Shown: positions 7,733-15,412, counted from the stretch's first letter. The stretch: 32,000 nt of DNA from Candidatus Methylomirabilis oxygeniifera (GCA_000091165.1 FP565575.1:2130001-2162000); one strand, 5' to 3'. Numbers and translations are program-made. Notes: generated from the sequence alone by a model not told the origin.

Positions 7733-8895
7733 ACACCCCCCTGCCTCGGATCAAGGCTCCACAGACGCACGGAGAGTTTCGGTCGGCCGGACGTCCCCTC
7801 ATTTCGCAGGATGGCAGCTATACGAACCGTGAGCCTCGATCCCGTCATCCGCGCAACCGATTCGACCGAAAAATTCGATGAGGTAGCTTTGACAAGTGGA
7901 CCAAGACTGGCGCGGACTTGGCTCTGGCTATCGCGCCCCGACAAACCTGCGCAGCCGGCAGAAGTAAAGAGAACAGTGAGTTGTCCCACCGCATCTCCAC
8001 GAAATGGCTCCCCTGTCCGCCGGCTGAGGACACACTTCGTCTCTACGGCCGTCAGCCCAAGCGCCATCAACACGTCCGGACTTGCCGTATTGATATTCAC
8101 CTGACCGGTGCTATGGAGCGACAGGTGCTGCGCCACTCCAAGGTATTCGCCCGGCTTGAGATCCCGTTCCCACGGTAGCCGGGCTTCAAGCTCCGTCCGT
8201 CGTGGTTGGCTGGCAATATTGCCGTACAGGATTTCCTGGGTTAATCCTCTGATCAGGAGTAGTTCATCGATAGTTTCGAAGCCTCCGTTCTTCGCTCGGT
8301 ACGAGCTGGGGAGGGATAGGTAGTAGTCGTCCTCGGCGCCGCTCATACGATGAAGGTTATCGGTATCTCGCCAGTCCTGAATTGAATCAACGATAGTGGA
8401 CAGAAGCTTCTCATCCCTGACACCTGAGTTGGAAAACAATCGACGAAGCATCGCATCGTATTGGGGAGTTATCTGCCCATCCAGGGGAATCTTGCTCTCC
8501 TCATCCCTGACCGCTACCCAGTAATGTCCGCCGCCTAATGCCACGTTCTCATAGGCAGCCGGATTGGTATGCCAGCGCTCATTTAGAGCATCGTAGCTCT
8601 TCGAGTCGGGCGGGAGATCTCGATCGGCGTTGATGATCTCCGCAGCCGCCCGGTAAATGCCGGCCTCTGCCAAATAGTACGCCTCCGCTTTCTGTTTGAA
8701 GTTGCCCGCCGCAGCCAGCTCTGTACGCATCGAAAAGGTAAAGGTCGTAAATACGACACCTAGAAATGCCAGAATCCAGAGCACGACCACAAGCGCCAAT
8801 CCGCACTCACCAAAAAAAGAGGGTGTGGGGTGTGGGGTGTGGGGTGTGGGACCGAAAACTTGACGCTTGACGCTTGACGCTTGACGCTTCTTCAT
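7729..8895 (-). CDS. gspK: type II secretion minor pseudopilin GspK
   Basis: 388 aa. It has the GspK-type N-terminus G|LALVVVLWILAFLG, the DEESKIPL motif and a large C-domain. The only in-frame start upstream of the cleavage-type Gly is ATG 8895, which overlaps the gspJ stop. Confidence 0.85.
   Translation of the reverse strand: MKKRQASSVKRQVFGPTPHTPHPTPSFFGECGLALVVVLWILAFLGVVFTTFTFSMRTELAAAGNFKQKAEAYYLAEAGIYRAAAEIINADRDLPPDSKSYDALNERWHTNPAAYENVALGGGHYWVAVRDEESKIPLDGQITPQYDAMLRRLFSNSGVRDEKLLSTIVDSIQDWRDTDNLHRMSGAEDDYYLSLPSSYRAKNGGFETIDELLLIRGLTQEILYGNIASQPRRTELEARLPWERDLKPGEYLGVAQHLSLHSTGQVNINTASPDVLMALGLTAVETKCVLSRRTGEPFRGDAVGQLTVLFTSAGCAGLSGRDSQSQVRASLGPLVKATSSNFSVESVARMTGSRLTVRIAAILRNEGTSGRPKLSVRLWSLDPRQGGV
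8821..8850. repeat. heptanucleotide tandem array (GGGTGTG)x4.3
   Basis: Read directly: gggtgtg gggtgtg gggtgtg gggtgtg gg. On the coding strand this is (CCCACAC)n, encoding PTPHTPHPTP in the GspK leader. Confidence 0.95.
8859..8889. repeat. heptanucleotide tandem array (CTTGACG)x4.4
   Basis: Read directly: cttgacg x4 + ctt. On the coding strand this is (AAGCGTC)n, encoding KRQASSVKRQ at the extreme 5' end of gspK. Confidence 0.95.
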
Positions 8896-9731
8896 AACGT
8901 TCGTCCCACCTGTATCGGAAGGACCAGCGGCGGAAGGATCAACTCCCGAATCTCCCGCGATCTCGTCTGCCGAATCGTGAGAGTGAGCTCAACAGCCAAC
9001 GGTAAGCGATTAGAACCCTTCAAGGCGCGCAGACTAGAGGGAGATGGAACGATTCGAGATGGGGGAACAAGCATATCGTCCCTTGAAGGGTCCCACGAAT
9101 CGTGCCATGCGGGGGGGAGGTTTTCCTCCGACCTACCCTCCGGCACAAGGTACCGGAAACGTACCTCCGATATCCGCTCGTCAAGCAGTTTAGCCTGACC
9201 ATCAAGTACAGCCGATGTCGAACCAGCCAGGGGGTAGCTTGTCGTCGCCACCAGTCCCCGATCAGACTCCACAGTATAGCTCACGATTCTGACCATGTGG
9301 CTGAATGGCTCAGCCCCATAGATCTGCGGAAGGGTGGCGAATTCAAGAGAGTCGGATTTACCATGAAAGACCATGACATCCTTATCCTGCTCTTTCACGC
9401 GCAACGGGTAGATCATCGTCAGGTCTCGCGCCAGGGTATCGACAAGAGTACGATTACGCTGGCTCTCTTCCGCTCGCGCCTCCCCACCTTCCCACGATTT
9501 AACACCAATCTGGATAGCCCCCAGTACAGCAACGAAGATCAGGGCGACGATCGTCAGGGAGATCAGAAGCTCAAGCAGCGTAAACCCGGCTTCGCCGGAC
9601 GGCTCCGAGTGTTGAGTGTTGAGTGTTGAGTGTTGAGTTCGTAACTCGAAATGGTCTTCACTTAACACTTGGCACTTAACACTTAACACGTTCTTATTGG
9701 ACGACACGCGTCTGTCCCAACTTCTTTTCAT
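8892..9731 (-). CDS. gspJ: type II secretion minor pseudopilin GspJ
   Basis: Prepilin motif G|FTLLELLISLTIVALIF followed by a GspJ-size body. There is no in-frame start between the repeat arrays and the motif. Candidate starts are ATG 9731 (overlaps the gspI 3' end) or GTG 9689 (4 nt after the gspI stop). Confidence 0.8.
   Translation of the reverse strand: MKRSWDRRVSSNKNVLSVKCQVLSEDHFELRTQHSTLNTQHSEPSGEAGFTLLELLISLTIVALIFVAVLGAIQIGVKSWEGGEARAEESQRNRTLVDTLARDLTMIYPLRVKEQDKDVMVFHGKSDSLEFATLPQIYGAEPFSHMVRIVSYTVESDRGLVATTSYPLAGSTSAVLDGQAKLLDERISEVRFRYLVPEGRSEENLPPAWHDSWDPSRDDMLVPPSRIVPSPSSLRALKGSNRLPLAVELTLTIRQTRSREIRELILPPLVLPIQVGRTL
9607..9638. repeat. heptanucleotide tandem array (GAGTGTT)x4.6
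   Basis: Read directly. On the coding strand this is (ACTCAAC)n, encoding TQHSTLNTQHS immediately upstream of the GspJ prepilin cleavage motif. Confidence 0.95.
9659..9689. repeat. heptanucleotide tandem array (CACTTAA)x4.4 (second unit CACTTGG)
   Basis: Read directly. On the coding strand this is (GTGTTAA)n, encoding VLSVKCQVLS. It is an inverted copy (6 of 7 per unit) of the 9607-9638 array. Confidence 0.95.
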
Positions 9732-10224
9732 CTACTATCATTCTCAAGGTCTGTAGATTCACAGCCTTCTCTCCACGGCGGCCAGGCCAAGTCACGCGCA
9801 CCTTGACGCTGAAGAGCCGACCGGGAAGTTCCTCCGGTTGTTCGAGCGGCTGGATCTCCGACGCCCAACGGAATCCCCCACCGAACTCTCCTGCCTCGCC
9901 GGTGCTCGCAAGATTCCGCGCTGCGGCAACCTCGGCTATTTTCTGTCGAGCCAGCAGGACTGCTTGAGTGTACTCTTCGGACGCCTTCGCAGAGCGAACC
10001 CCAGCGACTAACAGTTCCACGGCCAGAGCAAACCCGACGCCAAGAATAGCCAAAGCGACGATAACTTCCAGTAACGTAAAACCGTGCGAGGTGCGACAAG
10101 AGCGGTAGGGAGTCCGAAGTGCGGGATCCAAGGTACAACGCGCCCCGAACCTCAAATCTCCCCGTTCCCCCCATTTGTAAATGGGGAGTCGGAGGATGTT
10201 GCACCTGGAACGATTCTCACGCAT
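9694..10224 (-). CDS. gspI: type II secretion minor pseudopilin GspI (start uncertain)
   Basis: Prepilin motif SHG|FTLLEVIVALAILGVG followed by a body of about 125 aa. The track ORF (to 10392) overlaps gspH and is too long. ATG 10224 overlaps the gspH stop by 8 nt and gives a 47-aa leader. In-frame TTG codons at 10155 and 10131 are alternatives. Confidence 0.7.
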   Translation of the reverse strand: MRENRSRCNILRLPIYKWGERGDLRFGARCTLDPALRTPYRSCRTSHGFTLLEVIVALAILGVGFALAVELLVAGVRSAKASEEYTQAVLLARQKIAEVAAARNLASTGEAGEFGGGFRWASEIQPLEQPEELPGRLFSVKVRVTWPGRRGEKAVNLQTLRMIVDEKKLGQTRVVQ

Positions 10225-10801
10225 TCTCTGCGGAACTGATGCGAACGAGCCCAACCGATGGATCCACAATAATTCGATAGCTTCGCCCTTTCTCATCGGA
10301 AAGGTCGATCGATCCACCCGTCGAACTCCCCTGCGGGAAGAAGGCGATGACGCCACGCTCATCAGGTAAAAGGGGACCAGTGGCGAGGACAACGGACTTC
10401 AGGCTTACGCCTGGCGGGAGGGAGCGAACCCGAGCCTGTCGAATCTGAGCCTGCCAAGGCTGTTCGGGGTCTTCCACCGTCTCCACCCGGTCTATACTGC
10501 TGAGACGCCCGACAATCCAGTCCGGACCTCTGAGCCAATAGCGATTGGTCTGTCGGTCGAGCACCACCTCCAATATATCCTGATTGGCGATCGCCTGCGT
10601 TCTGGCAAACCGACAGAGGGTCATAATATCCCTCGTCGCAGCCTTGAGCTGAGTCTGTCCGAATGATCGGCTGAAGGCCGGCGCAACGAGCACGGTTGCC
10701 AGCATAAGGATGAATAGGACGACGGTAAGCTCGAGGAGCGTGAATCCCCTCGTGCATTGTACTGTTCTATTGTTCAGCCTGGCTTCCCGCTTGTTTGACA
10801 C
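10217..10801 (-). CDS. gspH: type II secretion minor pseudopilin GspH
   Basis: 194 aa. Leader (GTG)SNKREARLNNRTVQCTRG|FTLLELTVVLFILMLA, followed by a GspH-like beta domain. Confidence 0.8.
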   Translation of the reverse strand: MSNKREARLNNRTVQCTRGFTLLELTVVLFILMLATVLVAPAFSRSFGQTQLKAATRDIMTLCRFARTQAIANQDILEVVLDRQTNRYWLRGPDWIVGRLSSIDRVETVEDPEQPWQAQIRQARVRSLPPGVSLKSVVLATGPLLPDERGVIAFFPQGSSTGGSIDLSDEKGRSYRIIVDPSVGLVRISSAENA

Positions 10802-11216
10802 TCTTCCAACTCACAACATCCTGATTCTCTCCGTCACCACCCGCTACGCCATCACCGCCATACGAGACAATATCGTAATCTCCATGCTCTCCTGGCGCCT
10901 TATAGGCATAGGCGTGAGTCCACGGATCAACGGGAAGCTCTTGTTTTTTCAGATAGGGACCATCCCAGTTCTCGACCCCGCCTGGATTCACGAGAAGTGC
11001 CCTCAGCCCTTCGTCGCTAGTCGGGTACCGACCAACGTCCAGTCGAAAATTGTCCAGGGCGGCGCCGAACAGTTCAATCTGAGCTTGTGCAGCCGCTTGC
11101 TTACCCTTTCCCACCCTGCCAAAAAGCTTCGGGCCCACTAAGGCCGCCAACAAGCCGATAATGATGATAACAACCAGCAACTCGATAAGGGTGAACCCAG
11201 CCTGATTACGGCGCAA
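10767..11216 (-). CDS. gspG: type II secretion major pseudopilin GspG
   Basis: FTLIELLVVIIIIGLLAALVGPK ... NWDGPYL ... DPW is the GspG signature. TTG 11216, 7 nt after GGGAGG, gives the canonical leader MRRNQAG|F. Longer alternatives are GTG 11273 and TTG 11279 (track ORF). Confidence 0.9.
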   Translation of the reverse strand: MRRNQAGFTLIELLVVIIIIGLLAALVGPKLFGRVGKGKQAAAQAQIELFGAALDNFRLDVGRYPTSDEGLRALLVNPGGVENWDGPYLKKQELPVDPWTHAYAYKAPGEHGDYDIVSYGGDGVAGGDGENQDVVSWKSVKQAGSQAEQ

Positions 11217-11339
11217 GGTCCGGCCTCCCGCTTCCTGCCATATCCGGATATCTTTAACCCGTCGAATGTCCACACTCAACTCCTTTTATTTGGATCCGCA
11301 CTCCATCTCTACGTCGCTTTCGTACCTCACACACCGTGC

Positions 11340-12566
11340 TTAGAGCGGGAGTTCATTGATACTGAAGATGGCAAGCAGCATCGACAGCACAATGAACCCG
11401 ACGACAAGCCCAAGAAAGAGGATCAGGATCGGCTCAAGCAGTGAAGTCAGGCGCTTGACTGTCCGCCGCACACGCTCGTCATAGGTATCGGCGACCTTGA
11501 TCAGCATCTCCTCGAGTTTTCCCGTCTCTTCCCCTACCTTCGCCATATGGATGGAAAAGGACGGAAAGGCGGCGGTAGCCCGCAGTGGGCCGCTGATCCC
11601 TTCGCCCCGTTTTACCCCCTCCTGTAACCTGGACATGGCGGCAACAATGACTCGATTCGCGATCGTCTCCTTGACGATAGAAACAGCCGCGAGTACCGGG
11701 ACCCCGCTTTGGAGAAGCGTCCCGAATGTCCTGGCAAAACGAGAGACCTCGATCTCCTGAATCAGGCGACCCAACAGAGGGAGCGACAATTTCAACTGAT
11801 CCCACTGCACCTTCCCCTGGTCAGTCTGTAAATAGACTCGAAACCCGATTCCAACAAGGCCAATCAGCCCCACAAATACCCACCAGTAACCGGTCGTGAA
11901 CGCGCTGATCGCCAAAAGTATCCTCGTCGGCAGCGGCATAAGCTGCTTCGTGTCTGAGAAGATCTGAGCAAACCGTGGGATCACGAAGTTCATCATGACC
12001 ACCACAGCACCGCCACCAACGAAGAGCAATAGAATCGGATAGATGAGGGCCGATGTTACTTCGTCCCGTACCGCCTTTGAGCGCTCCATAAACCCGGCCA
12101 GCCGTGAGAGGATCACCTCCAACACACCACTTGCCTCCCCAGCCTTGACCATATTGATGTACAGCCTGGAGAAAAGTCGTGGGTGTTTGGCCAGACCGTC
12201 GGCGAATGAATTACCCGCCTGGATATCAGTCAGAATGCTGCGAAGAATCGATCGAAACCGTTGGTTGTCGGTCAGGTCCAACAGAATCGCCAGACTCCGA
12301 TCCAACTCCATCCCGGCCTCGAGCAATGTCGCGAGCTGTTGCGTGAAGGCCAGAACATCCTGGGCAGATGGTCCCCTGGCAAACGTAGTCGGGAGCCGAG
12401 CAGCACTCGGTCTGACCTCCATTGTGCTACCGGGCTGTCCGATCTTGATCGGATAGTAACCGTTAGCTCTGAGCCAAGCCACGACCGCCCGCTCATCGGC
12501 AGCCTCCATGCTACCATGGACGATCTTGGCGGTACGATCAGTGGCGGTATATTGAAATGTCCCCAT
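11340..12566 (-). CDS. gspF: type II secretion inner-membrane platform protein GspF
   Basis: 408 aa with a duplicated GspF/PilC domain and three TM segments. Confidence 0.95.
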   Translation of the reverse strand: MGTFQYTATDRTAKIVHGSMEAADERAVVAWLRANGYYPIKIGQPGSTMEVRPSAARLPTTFARGPSAQDVLAFTQQLATLLEAGMELDRSLAILLDLTDNQRFRSILRSILTDIQAGNSFADGLAKHPRLFSRLYINMVKAGEASGVLEVILSRLAGFMERSKAVRDEVTSALIYPILLLFVGGGAVVVMMNFVIPRFAQIFSDTKQLMPLPTRILLAISAFTTGYWWVFVGLIGLVGIGFRVYLQTDQGKVQWDQLKLSLPLLGRLIQEIEVSRFARTFGTLLQSGVPVLAAVSIVKETIANRVIVAAMSRLQEGVKRGEGISGPLRATAAFPSFSIHMAKVGEETGKLEEMLIKVADTYDERVRRTVKRLTSLLEPILILFLGLVVGFIVLSMLLAIFSINELPL

Positions 12567-12613
12567 ACGCAGATGCTGTCTTTATTGACACCGAATAGCG
12601 CGGTAGGTTTACG

Positions 12614-12641
12614 ACTATAGCAACTAGCGATGCGCTGTCAA
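12614..12641 (-). promoter_or_regulatory. sigma70-like promoter upstream of gspF
   Basis: Minus strand reads TTGACA (12641-12636), a 16-nt spacer, then TATAGT (12619-12614). It lies about 48 nt upstream of the gspF ATG, inside the 192-nt gspE-gspF gap. Confidence 0.45.
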
Positions 12642-12649
12642 CACAAATC

Positions 12650-12699
12650 GGGCTCTACAAGTTGCGCAAATGGTTCGAAAAATAAAGCAGATAGAGCCC
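12650..12699 (-). terminator. 8-bp stem (GGGCTCTA/TAGAGCCC) with a 34-nt loop downstream of gspE; weak terminator or processing candidate
   Basis: Perfect 8-bp inverted repeat at 12650-12657 / 12692-12699, 60 nt after the gspE stop and just upstream of the gspF promoter. The loop is long and no clean U-run follows. Confidence 0.25.
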
Positions 12700-12758
12700 C
12701 TCCTATCCGCTGTGTTGATGAAGAGAGCATACGATCTCGCATCACGAAGTGACCCTAC

Positions 12759-14480
12759 TTACGCCTCCTCTTTCGTGACCCGCAGCAGGTCCTCTACTGT
12801 AGTCACTCCCTGCTCAACTTTCATCCAACCATCTTCCCACAGGGTATTCATCCCAAAAGCTATCGCCTTCTGCCGAATCGTATTCGAGTCGGCCTTCTCC
12901 AGAATCAGTCGTTGAATCTCTTCATTGATTGCCAAAAACTCGTAGATGCCGCTGCGCCCATGGTATCCGGTAAAATTGCAGGCGGCGCATCCTTTACCAC
13001 GAAACACCTGCAGCGCTCCATCGACTGCGGTTTTGATCCCCATTTTCCGAACCGCAGCCGCATCCAACCGGTACGGCTCCCGGCACTCGGGGCAGATGAC
13101 GCGAACCAGACGTTGAGCCAGGACCGCCACGAGGACGCTGGATACCAGGTAGTTTTCGATGCCCATATCCAGGAGCCGCGTGATGGCGCCGGGTGCATCG
13201 TTCGTGTGCAGCGTGCTGAACACCAGATGCCCGGTCAGCGCGGAGTGGATGGCGATGTCCGCGGTCTCTGCATCGCGGATCTCCCCAACCATGATAATGT
13301 CTGGATCCTGACGAACGATGGAGCGTAGGCCGCTGGCGAAGGTCAGACCGATCTTGGCCTTGACATGGATCTGGTTGACTCCCTGGAGCTGGTACTCCAC
13401 CGGGTCCTCAATCGTAATAATCTTCTTGTCGGCCGAGTTGATCTCGCTCAACGCCGTATAGAGGGTCGTCGTTTTGCCGCTTCCTGTCGGACCAGTCACC
13501 AGGATCATGCCATGCGGCTTTCTGATAAGCCGCTGGAATTGTAGGCGAATATCTTCGGGCATGCCCATGTCTCCTAGGCTCAGGAGAAGACTGCTACGAT
13601 CCAGGATTCGCATCACCACGCTCTCACCGTGTAGTGTGGGAACCGTGGAAACTCGGAGATCCAGGTCCTTGCCTAGGATCTGGAGCCTGATTCGTCCGTC
13701 CTGTGGAAGCCGTCGCTCGGCAATGTTCATCTTGGCCATGATCTTGACACGAGAGATCACGGCCCGTTGCAGCCGCTTGGGAGGAGACTCCTGGTCCAGC
13801 AGTACTCCATCGACCCGGTAGCGGATTCGAAATGTATCCTCGAACGGCTCAATATGTATGTCGCTGGCGCGGGCCTCTACCGCCCGGGTGATGAGCAGAT
13901 TGACAAGCTGGATGACTGGGGCCTCGGAGGCCAGATCGCGAAGGTGATCAACATCCTCGCGATCCTCGCCGGATCCTCCACCCTCCTCCTCGCTGTACCC
14001 CTTGACGATCTTCTCGATCGTTGTCTGACCATCACCATAATACTGGTCGATCGCCTCAATGATCTCCCGCTCGTTAGCGATACAGACGGTGATAGCGAGC
14101 CCGGTACTCAGTCGAAGATCATCCAGCGTATACGGATCGGTCAGATCGCTCATGGCAACGGTCAGCGTCCCATCCTTCATCTCAATCGGGAAGACCTTGT
14201 GCTCACGCAGGTACTTCGGCGACACCCGATCTCGGATCGGCACAGGTGTAATCGAGAGAGAGGCAAGAGAAAGGTAGGGAAGCGAATACTGCTTGGCGAG
14301 GGCCTTTGCCACGTCCTCATCGGAGGCATATCCAAGCTCTACGAGAGTCTCGCCCAACCGCTTGCCGATTTCCCGCTGGTGACTCAGCCCACGCTGGAGC
14401 TGCTCTCGAGTGACGGAACCCTCACGGATCAGGATTTCGCCGATCGGTTCACGTACTTCGCCGGCTTGCCGACTGCTCAT
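12759..14480 (-). CDS. gspE: type II secretion ATPase GspE with an MshEN-type N-terminal domain
   Basis: 573 aa. Walker A GPTGSGKTT, Asp/His boxes, and a tetracysteine CPEC...CAAC zinc motif. The N-terminus carries two 24-residue MshEN-like motifs. Confidence 0.95.
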   Translation of the reverse strand: MSSRQAGEVREPIGEILIREGSVTREQLQRGLSHQREIGKRLGETLVELGYASDEDVAKALAKQYSLPYLSLASLSITPVPIRDRVSPKYLREHKVFPIEMKDGTLTVAMSDLTDPYTLDDLRLSTGLAITVCIANEREIIEAIDQYYGDGQTTIEKIVKGYSEEEGGGSGEDREDVDHLRDLASEAPVIQLVNLLITRAVEARASDIHIEPFEDTFRIRYRVDGVLLDQESPPKRLQRAVISRVKIMAKMNIAERRLPQDGRIRLQILGKDLDLRVSTVPTLHGESVVMRILDRSSLLLSLGDMGMPEDIRLQFQRLIRKPHGMILVTGPTGSGKTTTLYTALSEINSADKKIITIEDPVEYQLQGVNQIHVKAKIGLTFASGLRSIVRQDPDIIMVGEIRDAETADIAIHSALTGHLVFSTLHTNDAPGAITRLLDMGIENYLVSSVLVAVLAQRLVRVICPECREPYRLDAAAVRKMGIKTAVDGALQVFRGKGCAACNFTGYHGRSGIYEFLAINEEIQRLILEKADSNTIRQKAIAFGMNTLWEDGWMKVEQGVTTVEDLLRVTKEEA

Positions 14481-14570
14481 TGTGCGATCCCTCTTGTGAA
14501 GACGTGCGATCTTCCGCTGCTCAATCAGCCACGCTAATCCTGGAGATTATTAGCCAAATGAGCTGCTGAA

Positions 14571-14600
14571 ATGATAGACCGGCCCGGAAGAACGTGTCAA
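14571..14600 (-). promoter_or_regulatory. sigma70-like promoter upstream of gspE
   Basis: Minus strand reads TTGACA (14600-14595), an 18-nt spacer, then TATCAT (14576-14571). It lies about 90 nt upstream of the gspE ATG. Confidence 0.45.
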
Positions 14601-14910
14601 GGACTTAACACCGCCCAACAACAAAGGTAGACAGCGCAACCCGTCTATCTGTTTATCATCAGCAAGAAACTCCCAGGCCCGCGTCATTGCGAGACAATAC
14701 CACAGCACATCCGCAGTCCTTCAGGACAACAAGGATGAGATTACCATCACCGTACCTGCCTGTGCGTGTCCGCGCGCAAACAGGATCCCACTGATCGCTC
14801 GCAAAGGCAGAGAATGTCCGATCTCTTTTTAGGCAGATCACATTCCCTTAACAGTTCGGGAATTCCCCCCGATAGATAGATGGCTCAATAAATCTGTCGA
14901 ATCCTCCAGC

Positions 14911-15105
14911 GTGTCGAAACGGTTCTGCAGCAACTGTATCGAGATAGACGTACGGTCCCGCATGGTCAATACGATGATCTTCCCGGGCAATCTGTATGAG
15001 CTAGAAGAGCTTAGCGACCTAACTGAGACTCACCTTGATTGCCGCTATTTGCACGCCTATGGAGGGGGGCATCCGGAATGTGAGTTGGGGATCGTCACTG
15101 CCTGA
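14911..15105 (+). CDS. hypothetical Cys/His-rich small protein (64 aa, GTG start)
   Basis: Open frame with coding-like third-position GC. The pattern CSNC ... C..LH.....HPEC could be a zinc ribbon. There is no RBS and no recognisable family. Confidence 0.25.
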   Translation: MSKRFCSNCIEIDVRSRMVNTMIFPGNLYELEELSDLTETHLDCRYLHAYGGGHPECELGIVTA

Positions 15106-15412
15106 AACGTCTCTGGAAAGGAAGTAGGAACGTATGAAGGCAATCGTCACGGGAGGTCAGAAGATACCCTCTACGAGGCCGACTCTCGCAAAGCACAAGC
15201 TGCTGTGGGATATTACCGCCCGATCCTCAGCAGGCGCCGATTAGCAAGGCGGATTGTTCCGGATTCTGTGTGGATGACAACCTCGCGCGAGACAGCGAGA
15301 CAGTTTGATCTCGCAAACACTGGAGCGCGATCTCACGTCCCTTCTGATCGACGCCGAGACGAGTCGTATTGACACCCCCCCTTTGCGCGGGTCGAGGCAT
15401 ACGCATCCGCCA

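Noticed and set aside
8821-9689. Possibility that the short tandem arrays are a CRISPR-like array
   Set aside because: The units are 7 nt and directly abutting with no spacers. The arrays lie inside coding leaders, and no cas genes are present.
9728-10392. Long 5' extensions of the gspI frame (232-aa track ORF) and the alternative-frame ORF 9728-10204
   Set aside because: The extension overlaps the 3' half of gspH and adds more than 100 residues before the prepilin motif. The alternative-frame ORF is Arg/Gly-rich shadow sequence.
13767-14537. 256-aa plus-strand ORF
   Set aside because: It is antisense to gspE, whose identity is unambiguous. This is a shadow ORF.
14603-14611. Single copies of the array word (GTGTTAAGT abutting the gspE -35 box; TGTTAAGTGT at 24825-24834)
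   Set aside because: A given 9-10-mer is expected by chance about 0.2-0.4 times in 64 kb of two-strand sequence, so two isolated hits are not significant. They are worth re-examining only if a genome-wide scan shows enrichment at promoters.
15134-15244. 36-codon ORF starting MKAIVTGG (SDR/Rossmann-like N-terminus) with an RBS
   Set aside because: Similarity ends after 8 residues. No other frame downstream continues an SDR-like sequence, so a frameshifted pseudogene is not supported. The match is probably chance.
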